A stretch of 64,000 nt of DNA from Thermoanaerobaculia bacterium (GTDB lineage: Bacteria; Acidobacteriota; Thermoanaerobaculia; UBA5066; DATFVB01): positions 471-64,470 of the forward strand of contig DASTIQ010000315.1 in the NCBI GenBank assembly GCA_035717485.1. Direction: 5' to 3'. The first letter of the stretch is position 1. Every line of letters begins with the position of its first letter. The position numbers were made by a program, and so were the translations under genes. The notes beneath the pieces are model-generated. The model was not told the origin of the DNA and searched no databases. It saw only the letters and a program-made list of their open reading frames with translations. This document shows positions 1 through 9,140 of this stretch, piece by piece.

Positions 1-396
1 ACCGCGGCCATCCCGGAGACCCGCCCGGCGGCCGCGACCCGCGGACCGGTCCGCGTTCGCGTCGCGCGGCGGCCCGGCGAGGTGGAGGTGCGGTTCTTCC
101 TCGACGGCGGCTGGCACGTCCAGAGCCGGAATCCATCCCGCCCCGACCTCGTCCCGACGCGCGTGACGCTCCGAACGCCGGGCGCGGCCGAGCCGGCGTA
201 CCCGGCGGCGCAAGACGTGATCGTCGCGGGCGAGCGGCTGTCCGTCTACTCGGGGCAGTTCTCGGTGACGGCGAAGGCGGCCGGCCGCGGCGCCGTGGGC
301 GTCGACGTCGAATTCCAGTCGTGCGATGATTCGCGCTGCCTGGCGCCGGTCCGGCTGGAGCTCGAGGCGCCGTCTCTTCCGGAGGAGAACCGATGA
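1..396 (+). CDS. 3' portion of a DsbD/ScsB N-terminal-domain-like thiol:disulfide interchange protein (5' end outside window)
   Basis: Frame open from nt 1. C-terminal FQSCDDSRC motif resembles nDsbD-like domains. Stop TGA overlaps ATG of next gene (ATGA). Confidence 0.4.
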   Translation, partial: TAAIPETRPAAATRGPVRVRVARRPGEVEVRFFLDGGWHVQSRNPSRPDLVPTRVTLRTPGAAEPAYPAAQDVIVAGERLSVYSGQFSVTAKAAGRGAVGVDVEFQSCDDSRCLAPVRLELEAPSLPEENR

Positions 397-1985
397 CGCG
401 CCGTATCGCTCCCCTGCTGCTGCTCCTGGCGATCGGTCCCGCCCGCGCGCAGGAACTGTTTTCGGGCGTGGGAGCCGTCCACCACGCGATCGCGACCTCC
501 TCGCCGGAAGCGCAGAAATACTTCGATCAGGGTCTCGCTTTCGCCTACGGATTCAACCACGACGAGGCGATTCGATCCTTCGAGAAGGCCGCCGCCCTCG
601 ACCCGAAGGCCGCGATGCCGCTCTGGGGAATCGCGCTGGCGCTCGGGCCGAACATCAATCTGGACGTCGATCCCGACCATGAAAAGAAGGCCTTCGACGC
701 GGCGCGGAAGGCGCTCGCCCTCGCCGCCTCCGCGCCGGAGCCGGAGCGGGCCTACGTGCGGGCGGTCGCCCGCCGCTACACCGACGATCCGAAAGGAAAT
801 CTCAAGGCGCGTGCGGAGGACTACGCCGCCGCGATGAAGGACCTCGTCGAGCGATATCCCGACGACCTGGACGCCGCGACGCTGTACGCGGAAAGCCTCA
901 TGGATCTCCGTCCCTGGAAGCTCTGGAAGCCGGACGGCACGCCGGAGCCGGGGACGGAGGAGATCGTCTCCGTCCTCGAGTCCGTTCTGAAGCGCGATCC
1001 CTCGCACCTCGGCGCGAATCACTATTTCATCCATGCCGTCGAGGCGTCCGGCCATCCGGAACGGGCGATCGGGAGCGCGAAACGCCTCGAAACGCTCGCT
1101 CCGGCGTCGGGACACCTCGTCCACATGCCGGCCCACGTCTACATGCGGACCGGCGATTACCCGGGGGCGATCCGGGCCAATGAGCGCGCCGCCGAGGCGG
1201 ACCGAGCGTACATTGCGCGCACCCACGCCGAAGGCGTCTACCCCGCCATGTACTACAACCACAATCTCCAGTTCCTGGCGGCGGCGGCGATGATGCAGGG
1301 CAAGCGCGCCGACGCGCAGAAGGCGGCCGACGAGCTCGCGAAAAACGCGGCGCCGATCGCCAGAGAGATGCCGATGGCCGAGTTCGTCGTGCCGATGCCG
1401 CTGTTCGTCGAGCTGCGGTTCGCCGACTGGAACGCGGTGCTCGCCGAGCCCGATCCCGGACTTCCCCTCGCGGGCGCGATCCGACATTTCGCGCGCGCCT
1501 GGGCCGCCGCGGAAAAGGGCGACCGCGCCGCGGCCGACGCCGAAGCCGCGGCCTTCGCGCAGGCCCGGAGGGCCGTCCCGCCGGAAGCGACCTGGGGGAA
1601 CAACACGGGGGCGGACGCGCTCGCCGTCGCGGCCGCTTCTCTCGAGGCGCGCCGCGCCGAGATCGCCGGGCGGGGCGACGCGCTCGCGCTCTGGAAGAAG
1701 GCGGTCGACCTCCAGGACGGGCTCTCGTACGACGAGCCGCCTCCCTGGTACCGCCCTCTCCGCGAGAGCTGGGGGGCCGCCCTCCTGCGCGCCGGAAAAG
1801 CGGAGGAAGCGGAGGGGGTCTATCGCGACGACCTGCGCCGGAATCCGAAGAGCCCGTGGTCGCTCGCCGGTCTCGTCGCGAGCCTGGAGGCGCAGAAGCG
1901 CGCCGACGACGCACGCGGAGCCGACGCGGAGTGGCGCGAAGCGGCGGCGGGCGTCGACGCCGCGGTCTTCCGGCCGAAGCCGTGA
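393..1985 (+). CDS. Secreted tetratricopeptide-repeat (TPR) protein
   Basis: 530 aa with N-terminal signal peptide (LLLLLAIGPARAQE). Ala/Leu-rich helical repeats typical of TPR. ATGA overlap with upstream gene. Confidence 0.6.
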   Translation: MTRRIAPLLLLLAIGPARAQELFSGVGAVHHAIATSSPEAQKYFDQGLAFAYGFNHDEAIRSFEKAAALDPKAAMPLWGIALALGPNINLDVDPDHEKKAFDAARKALALAASAPEPERAYVRAVARRYTDDPKGNLKARAEDYAAAMKDLVERYPDDLDAATLYAESLMDLRPWKLWKPDGTPEPGTEEIVSVLESVLKRDPSHLGANHYFIHAVEASGHPERAIGSAKRLETLAPASGHLVHMPAHVYMRTGDYPGAIRANERAAEADRAYIARTHAEGVYPAMYYNHNLQFLAAAAMMQGKRADAQKAADELAKNAAPIAREMPMAEFVVPMPLFVELRFADWNAVLAEPDPGLPLAGAIRHFARAWAAAEKGDRAAADAEAAAFAQARRAVPPEATWGNNTGADALAVAAASLEARRAEIAGRGDALALWKKAVDLQDGLSYDEPPPWYRPLRESWGAALLRAGKAEEAEGVYRDDLRRNPKSPWSLAGLVASLEAQKRADDARGADAEWREAAAGVDAAVFRPKP

Positions 1986-2317
1986 ACGGACGCTTCGCGA
2001 GCTTCGAGGATTTCTGGCCCTTCTACGTGTCGCAGCACGCGAAGCCCGCGACGCGGCGGCTGCACTTCGCGGGCACGGCCGGGGCTCTGGCGATCCTCGG
2101 GGCTTCGGCGGCGCTCCGCCGTCCGGCGCTCGCCGCGGCTGCTCCCGCGTTCGCCTATGGCCTCGCGTGGTTCTCGCACTTCGCGATCGAGAAGAACCGG
2201 CCGGCGACCTTCGTCCATCCGTGGTGGTCCCTGCGCGGCGATTTTCGGATGTTCGGCCTGATGCTCTCGTTCCGCATGACCGGCGAGGCGGAGAGGCTGC
2301 TCGCCGCGAGAAATTGA
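1984..2317 (+). CDS. DUF962 (Mpo1-like) membrane protein
   Basis: GTG start overlapping the upstream stop (GTGA). Sequence NGRFASFEDFWPFYVSQHAKPATRRLHFAGT plus a hydrophobic segment matches the DUF962 family. The longer 1856 start is an Arg-rich artefact. Confidence 0.55.
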
Positions 2318-2329
2318 TAAAGTGACGCC

Positions 2330-2857
2330 GTGAATCTTCCCCAGCGGATCCAGGAGCTCCTTGCCGAGCTCGCCGCGAGAACCGAGCGGCCGACGCCCGG
2401 CTCCGTGCTCCTGCCGATCGCGCGCGAAGTCGAGTCCTGCCTCGACCGCGTGCGCTACAGCGGCGAGCGATACATGCGCCATCCGGTGTATCTCGCGCCC
2501 GACTGGGAAATCATGATGATCGCCTGGGAATCCGGGCAGAAGACCCCGATCCACGATCACCGCGGCGTGATGGGCTCGATGCTCGTGATGTCGGGAGGTC
2601 TCGTCGAGGAGTGCTTCGAGACTCCCGACGACCGCCCGCAGCTGCTCGAGCGCGCCGATCGCGCCTCCGGGACGACCTGCCTGACGAGCCCGACGCTCCT
2701 CCACCGGCTCTTTCCCCGGCGCGGCCGCTCGCTCTCGCTCCACGTCTACCGGCCGCCCCTCCGCGAGATGGGGATCTGGGAAGCGGACGGGATGCGGGAA
2801 ATTCGCGCGTCTGAGTACGACCTGCCGGCCGATACCCTCACCAAACAGATCAGCTGA
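2330..2857 (+). CDS. Cysteine dioxygenase type I-like cupin protein
   Basis: 175 aa. Cupin His motif (PIHDHRGVMGSMLVMSG...H). Size and pattern fit the CDO-like family. Confidence 0.5.
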   Translation: MNLPQRIQELLAELAARTERPTPGSVLLPIAREVESCLDRVRYSGERYMRHPVYLAPDWEIMMIAWESGQKTPIHDHRGVMGSMLVMSGGLVEECFETPDDRPQLLERADRASGTTCLTSPTLLHRLFPRRGRSLSLHVYRPPLREMGIWEADGMREIRASEYDLPADTLTKQIS

Positions 2858-2906
2858 CGCGTCCTTCCGGCCGCGGGCGGAAAACGTCCATGCTTGCCGG
2901 CGCCGG

Positions 2907-3713
2907 CTAGCGACGGGCCGCCGGGACAGGACGCCGGCTCGGTTTGGGATGAGCCGGCTCCCGCAGGATCCGCGACCGGGAGGGAGCTTTCCTTCGCCGC
3001 AGGCCGAACTGCTCGATCGCGTGCTTCTCGATGTGGGCGATCGCCTCGTCGATCGAATCGGTGAGGAGGATGAGATGCAGGTCCTCCGGGGCGATCGTCG
3101 CCTCGGCGACCATCTTCTCGAGCATTTCCGTCATCGGCGCCCAGAACGACTTCTCCATCACGACGACCGGAAACGAGAGGATCTTCTTCGTCTGGATGAG
3201 CGTCAGGGACTCGAAGAGCTCGTCCAGCGTGCCGAGGCCGCCGGGCATGACGACGAAGGCGTACGAGTACTTCACCATCATCACCTTCCGCATGTAGAAA
3301 TGGTGGAAGGTGATCCAGCGATCGAGGTACGGGTTCGGTTTCTGCTCCATCGGGAGCTCGATGTTGCATCCGATCGAGGGGCCGCCGACGTCCCGTGCGC
3401 CACGGTTGGCCGCCTCCATGATTCCGGGACCGCCTCCGGTCATGACGGTGAAACCGAGCTTCGCGATGCGACGTCCCATCTCGCGCGCGACGGCGTAGTA
3501 AGGATGGTCCTCCTTGAACCGCGCGGAGCCGAAGACGCAGACGCAGGGACCGACGAAATGCAGCGCGCGGAACCCGCGGATGAACTCGCCGAGGATCTGG
3601 AGAACCGAACGAAGCTCGGCGAGCCGCGGCCGCGGACCGGCCAGCAGGCCTTCGGGACGCGGCGTCTCGGGCTTGGCGAACCGGTCCGCTTTTCGATCCA
3701 CGTTTTCGATCAT
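2907..3713 (-). CDS. LOG family protein (cytokinin riboside 5'-monophosphate phosphoribohydrolase-like, TIGR00730)
   Basis: C-terminal 268 aa of the long minus ORF. Hallmark motifs GGGPGIMEA and PGGLGTLDELFE. Start at MIENVDRK; the upstream part of that ORF is an artefact. Confidence 0.8.
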   Translation of the reverse strand: MIENVDRKADRFAKPETPRPEGLLAGPRPRLAELRSVLQILGEFIRGFRALHFVGPCVCVFGSARFKEDHPYYAVAREMGRRIAKLGFTVMTGGGPGIMEAANRGARDVGGPSIGCNIELPMEQKPNPYLDRWITFHHFYMRKVMMVKYSYAFVVMPGGLGTLDELFESLTLIQTKKILSFPVVVMEKSFWAPMTEMLEKMVAEATIAPEDLHLILLTDSIDEAIAHIEKHAIEQFGLRRRKAPSRSRILREPAHPKPSRRPVPAARR

Positions 3714-3767
3714 AAAGGAACGCCCGACGTCCCGGCCCCGCCGCGCGTTGTGGTAGAAAAGTCGCGC

Positions 3768-4700
3768 GTGAATTCCGACACATCTCCCGCGATCCGCTGC
3801 CGCGGCCTGCGAAAGGCGTTCGGATCCGTCCAGGCGGTCAACGGACTGGACCTCGAGATCCCCCGCGGCGAATGCTTCGGCCTGCTCGGCCCCAACGGCG
3901 CCGGAAAGACGACGACGATCGAGATCCTCGAGGGCCTCACGGTGCGCGACGGCGGCGAAGTGGAGATCCTCGGAATGGCGTGGGAATCGGCCGCGCGGGC
4001 GATCCGCCGACGGATCGGCGTCTCGCTCCAGGAATCCCGCACGACCGAGAAGCTGACGGTGTTCGAAACGCTCCGGCTGTTCCGCTCGTTCTACGACGCC
4101 GGGATCGATCCCGAGGAGGCGATGCGGTTCCTGTCGCTGGAAGAGAAGAGGAACACGTGGGTCGTCAAGCTCTCCGGCGGCCAGCGCCAGCGGCTCGCGG
4201 TCGCGTGCGCGCTCGTGGGGGATCCCGAGGTCCTCTTCCTGGACGAGCCGACGACCGGGCTCGATCCGCAGAGCCGCCTCCAGCTCTGGGATCGGGTCGA
4301 GGCGCTGCGCGAACGGGGCAAGACGATCCTCCTGACGACTCACTACATGGACGAAGCGGAACGGCTCTGCGCGCGCGTCGCGATCATGGACCACGGAAAG
4401 ATCATCGCGGAAGGCACGCCTCCCGAGCTGATCGGGCGCCTCCACGCGTCGAACATCCTCGAGTTCTCGAGCGAGCCGATGATCGCGGAGGAGGACGTCC
4501 ACGGGATCGCGGGCGCCCGCGAAATCCGCGCGCGCGACTCTCGATGGCTCGTCTCCGTCGATTCGCTCGTCACCGCGATCCCGTCGCTCTTCCCGCTCCT
4601 CGAACGGCAGAACGCGCGGCTCGTGACGCTGTCGACGCACCGCGCGACGCTGGAAGACGTGTTCGTGGCCCTGACCGGGCGGGAGCTGCGCGATGAGTGA
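3768..4700 (+). CDS. ABC transporter ATP-binding protein (ABC-2 exporter type)
   Basis: Walker A GPNGAGKTT, signature LSGGQRQR, Walker B LFLDEPT, H-loop. GTG start 55 bp from the divergent LOG gene. The upstream part of ORF 2949 is antisense to LOG. Confidence 0.85.
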   Translation: MNSDTSPAIRCRGLRKAFGSVQAVNGLDLEIPRGECFGLLGPNGAGKTTTIEILEGLTVRDGGEVEILGMAWESAARAIRRRIGVSLQESRTTEKLTVFETLRLFRSFYDAGIDPEEAMRFLSLEEKRNTWVVKLSGGQRQRLAVACALVGDPEVLFLDEPTTGLDPQSRLQLWDRVEALRERGKTILLTTHYMDEAERLCARVAIMDHGKIIAEGTPPELIGRLHASNILEFSSEPMIAEEDVHGIAGAREIRARDSRWLVSVDSLVTAIPSLFPLLERQNARLVTLSTHRATLEDVFVALTGRELRDE

Positions 4701-5805
4701 ACCTCGGCCGACGATGCCCCCGGCCCGGGGGCCCGCGATCCCGACGTCGGCGTCTTCCGGGTCGAAGACCCCGGTCGCGCCGCCGCTCCTCGAGCTCACC
4801 CGCATCCGGATCCTCGCGTTCTTCCGGGAGCCGGGCGCCGTTTTCTGGGTGTTCGTCTTTCCGATCCTGATGGGGCTCGCGCTCGGCTTCGCGTTCCGCG
4901 AAAAGCCGCCGGAGAAGATCGCCGTCGGAGTGGAAACGGGCGCGCTCCCGCCGCCCATCCTCGCGGCCGTGTCCCGCGATGCCGACCTCGCCGTGCGGGA
5001 GTTCGCCGACGAGGCGGAGGCGCGCCGGGCGCTGACGTTCGGGAAAATCGCGCTCCTCGTCGAGCCGGGAACGCCTCTTCGGTATCGCTACGATCCCACG
5101 CGGCCGGAGTCGCGAACGGCGCGGCTCGCGCTCGATCACGCCGTGCAGAGAGGCGCGGGAGCCCCGGAACCGATGCCCACGCGGTCCGAGCTCGTCCGGG
5201 AGAAGGGCTCTCGCTACATTGACTTCCTCCTCCCGGGCATCCTCGGGCTGAACCTCATGGGAACGGGAATGTGGGGCATCGGCTTCTCGGTGCTCACGTC
5301 GCGGATCAAGAAGACGCTCAAGCTCCTCGCCGCGACGCCGATGAGCAAGCGCGACTACCTACTCTCGCACCTGCTCGGCCGGAGCGTCTTCCTCGCCTTC
5401 GAAGTGCCGTTCATCCTCCTGTTCGGCGTGCTCGTCTTCAAGGTCCCGATCCGCGGGTCGATCCTGTCGCTCGCGGCGCTTTGCGTGCTCGGCGCGTTCA
5501 CGTTCGCCGGAATCGGGCTGCTCACGACGGCGCGGGCGCAGACGCTCGAGTCCGGCTCGGGGCTGATGAACCTCGTCATGATCCCGATGTGGCTCCTCTC
5601 CGGGTCGTTCTTCTCGGCGGACCGTTTTCCCAAGGCGATCCAGCCCTTCATCCAGGCGCTCCCGCTGACGGCGCTCAACAACGCGCTGCGCGCCGTGATG
5701 CTCGAAGGAAAGTCGCTCGCCACGAACGCGGGCGAGATGGCGATCCTCGCCGCGTGGGGGATCGTGACCTTCGTGGTGGCGCTTCGGATCTTCCGGTGGC
5801 AATAA
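4693..5805 (+). CDS. ABC-2 family transporter permease
   Basis: 8-nt overlap with the ATPase gene. 370 aa with six predicted TM helices in the C-terminal half, typical of ABC-2 permeases. Confidence 0.75.
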   Translation: MSEPRPTMPPARGPAIPTSASSGSKTPVAPPLLELTRIRILAFFREPGAVFWVFVFPILMGLALGFAFREKPPEKIAVGVETGALPPPILAAVSRDADLAVREFADEAEARRALTFGKIALLVEPGTPLRYRYDPTRPESRTARLALDHAVQRGAGAPEPMPTRSELVREKGSRYIDFLLPGILGLNLMGTGMWGIGFSVLTSRIKKTLKLLAATPMSKRDYLLSHLLGRSVFLAFEVPFILLFGVLVFKVPIRGSILSLAALCVLGAFTFAGIGLLTTARAQTLESGSGLMNLVMIPMWLLSGSFFSADRFPKAIQPFIQALPLTALNNALRAVMLEGKSLATNAGEMAILAAWGIVTFVVALRIFRWQ

Positions 5806-5996
5806 CCCGTCGCGTTCGCGACGCTCGCGGAGCTCGGATCGCGAACGCGGCTCGCCGAACGAGCGACTCAACCGCGGCGACGGGCACCCCCTCGCAGTGC
5901 TTCCGCTCCCGCGGCGCGAGTCGTCTCGGCGAGTGATCGCGCGAGACTTTGTCGCGCCGCGAGGGCTCGACGCAGCGGCCTAGTCGAGTCTAATGA

Positions 5997-6461
5997 TTGA
6001 CCGCGGTGGATTCGATCTGGAGCAACCCAACTAGGGGAGAGATTGACTCCGAGGTCGGCGACGCGTTTCGCTACTCGCTTGGCATGTTCATTCTACAGAT
6101 CGCCGTCACAATCGGTTTCTGCGCGTACATCGCATACATCTTTGCCAAGTATTGGGAGCCCGGGTATCTGCCCTATGCAATTCTCGCAGCGGTGGTCTCG
6201 CTTTTAATCTGGGTGGCTATCTATCAGACCTACCACGACCCTCGTCTGTACGAGGTAAACGACGAGCAGGTGAAAGTCACTCGTTTCGACGGAACGCGCG
6301 ACTCGTACTCGCTCTCCTCGATCGTCGTCGATCCAGCCGGGAACCTGAAGGAAGCGATCAAGGTTCGCGATGTGAACGGGAATCTTCTGTTCAGGGTATG
6401 GCGATTCACGGAACGACGCGAAGAACTCATCCGCCGGCTCCGTCGCGAGCCGCGGAGCTGA
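5997..6461 (+). CDS. Hypothetical small membrane protein (2 TM plus cytoplasmic domain); atypically low GC
   Basis: 154-aa ORF at about 55% GC in a 70% GC context. TTG start, or ATG at MFILQ. Two hydrophobic helices. Followed by a terminator hairpin. Confidence 0.4.
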   Translation: MTAVDSIWSNPTRGEIDSEVGDAFRYSLGMFILQIAVTIGFCAYIAYIFAKYWEPGYLPYAILAAVVSLLIWVAIYQTYHDPRLYEVNDEQVKVTRFDGTRDSYSLSSIVVDPAGNLKEAIKVRDVNGNLLFRVWRFTERREELIRRLRREPRS

Positions 6462-6467
6462 ACAACG

Positions 6468-6500
6468 GAAAAGCCCCGCTTTCGCGGGGCTTCGACTTTC
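6468..6500. terminator. Rho-independent terminator hairpin (gccccgc-tttc-gcggggc) with flanking A/T runs, likely bidirectional
   Basis: 7-bp GC stem, tttc loop, T-rich tail. Lies between convergent genes. Confidence 0.5.
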
Positions 6501-6574
6501 GCCTTTCCGACTCGACGAATCTCGACTCGTGACTCGCGACTGTCGCGCCTGCGGCGCGACCCGACTCGCGACTT

Positions 6575-6931
6575 CTAAGGCGCCAGCGTCACCTTTTCCG
6601 GGTCGAGCATGTCGCCCTTGAGATCGCCGCGGATCTGGACCCGCTGGCCCGCGAACTTCTCCATCTTGTGCTGGTCCTTCAGGTTGTAGGTCCGGTTCCC
6701 CTCGCGGTCGGCGAGGACGTACTTCGCGCCCCCTTCGACGCACGCCTTGACGCAGGCGGCGTCGGAGAACTTCGCGACACCCCCGTGCTTGTCCTGCATC
6801 GCCGAATGATCGAGACCGCACATGCTGTCGCTGACGTATCCAGTGACGACGACGTCGTCGCTCGCGCGCGAGATCCCGGCCCCCGCCGCCGCGATCACGA
6901 GGACGCCGATTCCCGCCCATGCTTTCTTCAT
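6575..6931 (-). CDS. Hypothetical small secreted Cys-containing protein
   Basis: 118 aa, signal peptide MKKAWAGIGVLVIAAAGAGISRA, four Cys. GGAGG Shine-Dalgarno 9 nt upstream. Confidence 0.45.
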   Translation of the reverse strand: MKKAWAGIGVLVIAAAGAGISRASDDVVVTGYVSDSMCGLDHSAMQDKHGGVAKFSDAACVKACVEGGAKYVLADREGNRTYNLKDQHKMEKFAGQRVQIRGDLKGDMLDPEKVTLAP

Positions 6932-7014
6932 CGCAGACTACCTCCAGGGGGAAGAGGAGCACTTTCCGTGCCACGGCGGCTCAAGTACAGCCGCACGAAT
7001 GAGATAATCCCGCC

Positions 7015-8007
7015 ATGACTCTCCTGCTGTCGGCCGCCGACGTGAGGCGCCTGCTCCCGATGGACGACGCGATCCACGCGATGGAAGGGGCCTTTCGCGC
7101 CCTTTCGGACGGCGAAGCGCGCCTGCCCCTGCGGACGATCGTGTGGACGCCGGACCGCGCGGGAGGGCTCGGCGTCATGCCGGGCTATCTGCCGGCGCGC
7201 CTGGGAGCGAAGGTGGTCAGCGTCTTCCCGGGAAATCACGGGACGGAGCTCGATTCGCATCAGGGCGTCGTCCTCCTCTTCGAGGCCGAGCGCGGCCGGC
7301 TCGTGGCCATCGCCGACGCCACCGCGATCACCGCGATCCGCACCGCCGCCGTCTCCGGCCTCGCGACGCGGCTTCTCGCGCGAAACGACGCCGGGGATCT
7401 CGCGATCTTCGGGTCGGGAACGCAGGCCCGCAGTCACCTCGAGGCGATGCTCGCCGTCCGCCGCATCCGGCGCGTCCGGATCTGGAGCCGGTCGGCGGAG
7501 AACGCGCGCGCCTTCGCGGCTCGGGAAGGAGCACGCCACCGGGTGACGATCGAAGTCGCTTCTTCGGCGGAAGAAGCGGCTCGCGGCGCCGACCTCCTCT
7601 GCACGGCGACGTCGTCGAAGGAGCCGGTCCTTCGGGGCGAATGGCTCTCCCCCGGCGCGCACGTCAACGCCGCGGGATCGAGCGTCGCGTCCGCACGGGA
7701 GCTCGATTCCGCCGCGGTGGCCCGGGCTTCTTTCTTCGTCGATCGCCGCGAGTCGACCCTCAACGAATCCGGGGACTTCCTCTTCGCCCGGGCGGAGGGC
7801 GCCGTGACGGAGCAGCACATCCGGGCGGAGCTCGGCGACGTGCTCACCGGAAAGGCCGCCGGCCGACGGTCGCCGGACGAGATCACGCTCTTCAAATCCC
7901 TCGGCCTCGCGATCGAGGACGGGGCGGCCGCGGAACACGTCCGGCGGCGCGCGATCGAAGCGGGAATCGGCGTCGAATTCGATTTCGGCGGAAGACGGGA
8001 ACCGTGA
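7015..8007 (+). CDS. Ornithine cyclodeaminase / mu-crystallin family NAD(P)-dependent enzyme
   Basis: 330 aa. Rossmann motif AIFGSGTQA. Overall OCD-family pattern, including the N-terminal LLSAADVRRLL segment. Confidence 0.8.
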   Translation: MTLLLSAADVRRLLPMDDAIHAMEGAFRALSDGEARLPLRTIVWTPDRAGGLGVMPGYLPARLGAKVVSVFPGNHGTELDSHQGVVLLFEAERGRLVAIADATAITAIRTAAVSGLATRLLARNDAGDLAIFGSGTQARSHLEAMLAVRRIRRVRIWSRSAENARAFAAREGARHRVTIEVASSAEEAARGADLLCTATSSKEPVLRGEWLSPGAHVNAAGSSVASARELDSAAVARASFFVDRRESTLNESGDFLFARAEGAVTEQHIRAELGDVLTGKAAGRRSPDEITLFKSLGLAIEDGAAAEHVRRRAIEAGIGVEFDFGGRREP

Positions 8008-8969
8008 CGCCGCTCTCCCCCGTTTCGATCGAGGAAATCCTCGCGGCGCGCGATCGCATCGCCGGGGCGGCCCTGCGGACGCCGCTCGTCCGGTGGAACG
8101 GCGAGGCTCCGCCGGGCGTGGAAATCCATCTCAAGCTCGAGTGTCTTCAGCCGATCGGGTCCTTCAAGATCCGCGGAGCCGTCAACGCGATCGCCTCGGC
8201 CGATCCGGAACGGCTCGCGGGAGGCGTCTACACGGCGAGCGCGGGAAACATGGCGCAGGGAGTCGCGTGGGCCGCCCGGCGCCGGGGAATTCCGTGCACG
8301 GTGATCGTCCCGGAGCACGCTCCCTCCGCGAAGATCCGGGCGATCGAGCGCCTCGGGGCCTCGATCGAGAAGAGACCGTTCGACGCCTGGTGGAGGGTGC
8401 TCGCCGAGCACGGCTCGCCGGAGCGCCGGGACTTCTTCGTCCATCCGGTGAGCGACCCCGGCGTGATCGCGGGGAACGGGACGATCGGCCTCGAGATCGT
8501 CGAAGACCTCCCCGACGTCGATGCCGTCGTGGTTCCCTACGGCGGCGGCGGGCTCTCGTCCGGAATCGCCTGCGCCTTCCGCGCGCGGCGTCCCGCCGCG
8601 CGCGTGTTCGCCGCGGAGGTCGAGACGGCGGCGCCGCTGTTTCCTTCCTTCGCGGCCGGGACGCCCTCCGTTCCCTCTTACGCGCCGAGCTTCGTCGACG
8701 GCATCGGGGCCAAGGCGCTCCTCCCCGAGATGTGGCCGATGGTCCGCGAGCTCCTCGCGGGATCGATCGTCGTCTCCCTCGCGGAGACCGCTGCCGCGAT
8801 CCGGACGCTCGTCGAGCGCCACCGCGTCGTCGCGGAGGGCGCCGGCGGCGCGGCCGTCGCCGCCGCGCTCACGGGAAAGACGGGTCCCGGCAGGATCGTC
8901 GCGGTCGTGTCGGGAGGAAACATCGATCCGGAGAAGCTGGCGATCATTCTGACCGGCGGAATCCCGTAG
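8004..8969 (+). CDS. Threonine/serine dehydratase-like PLP-dependent enzyme (fold type II)
   Basis: GTG start overlapping the OCD stop (GTGA). PLP-lysine motif SFKIRGA and glycine-rich GGGG loop. The N-terminal part of ORF 7143 is an artefact. Confidence 0.75.
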   Translation: MTPLSPVSIEEILAARDRIAGAALRTPLVRWNGEAPPGVEIHLKLECLQPIGSFKIRGAVNAIASADPERLAGGVYTASAGNMAQGVAWAARRRGIPCTVIVPEHAPSAKIRAIERLGASIEKRPFDAWWRVLAEHGSPERRDFFVHPVSDPGVIAGNGTIGLEIVEDLPDVDAVVVPYGGGGLSSGIACAFRARRPAARVFAAEVETAAPLFPSFAAGTPSVPSYAPSFVDGIGAKALLPEMWPMVRELLAGSIVVSLAETAAAIRTLVERHRVVAEGAGGAAVAAALTGKTGPGRIVAVVSGGNIDPEKLAIILTGGIP

Positions 8970-9140
8970 AAGCGTCTCTCCCCACGGCCGCGCTTCGAGG
9001 GCAACCACGAGGCGCGCCGAGACGGGCGGAAAGACGCGTTCGAGGCGGCCTCCGGCTGGCGAGGCGTACCGGGGCGTACGTTGAGCCCGCCGGCGGCCGC
9101 CACGGGCGCGTATAGCAGCCCGTATCGACGCGCCCGATCT

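Noticed and set aside
246-1914. Long antisense/alternate-frame ORFs (246..1487 -, 326..682 +, 1027..1914 -, 1253..1606 -) overlapping the TPR gene
   Set aside because: Arg/Pro/Gly-rich low-complexity translations typical of stop-poor frames in 70% GC DNA. No motifs, no ribosome-binding sites. The TPR gene on the + strand explains the region.
2949-3767. N-terminal 270 aa of ORF 2949..4700 and the internal ORFs 3031..3297 / 3310..3498 / 3514..3756
   Set aside because: They are antisense to the well-supported LOG gene. The ABC ATPase homology begins only at the GTG near 3768.
7143-8003. 5' extension of ORF 7143..8969 and antisense ORFs 6928..7938 / 7434..9008
   Set aside because: The extension is out of frame with the OCD gene and Arg-rich. 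The dehydratase homology starts at the GTG overlapping the OCD stop.
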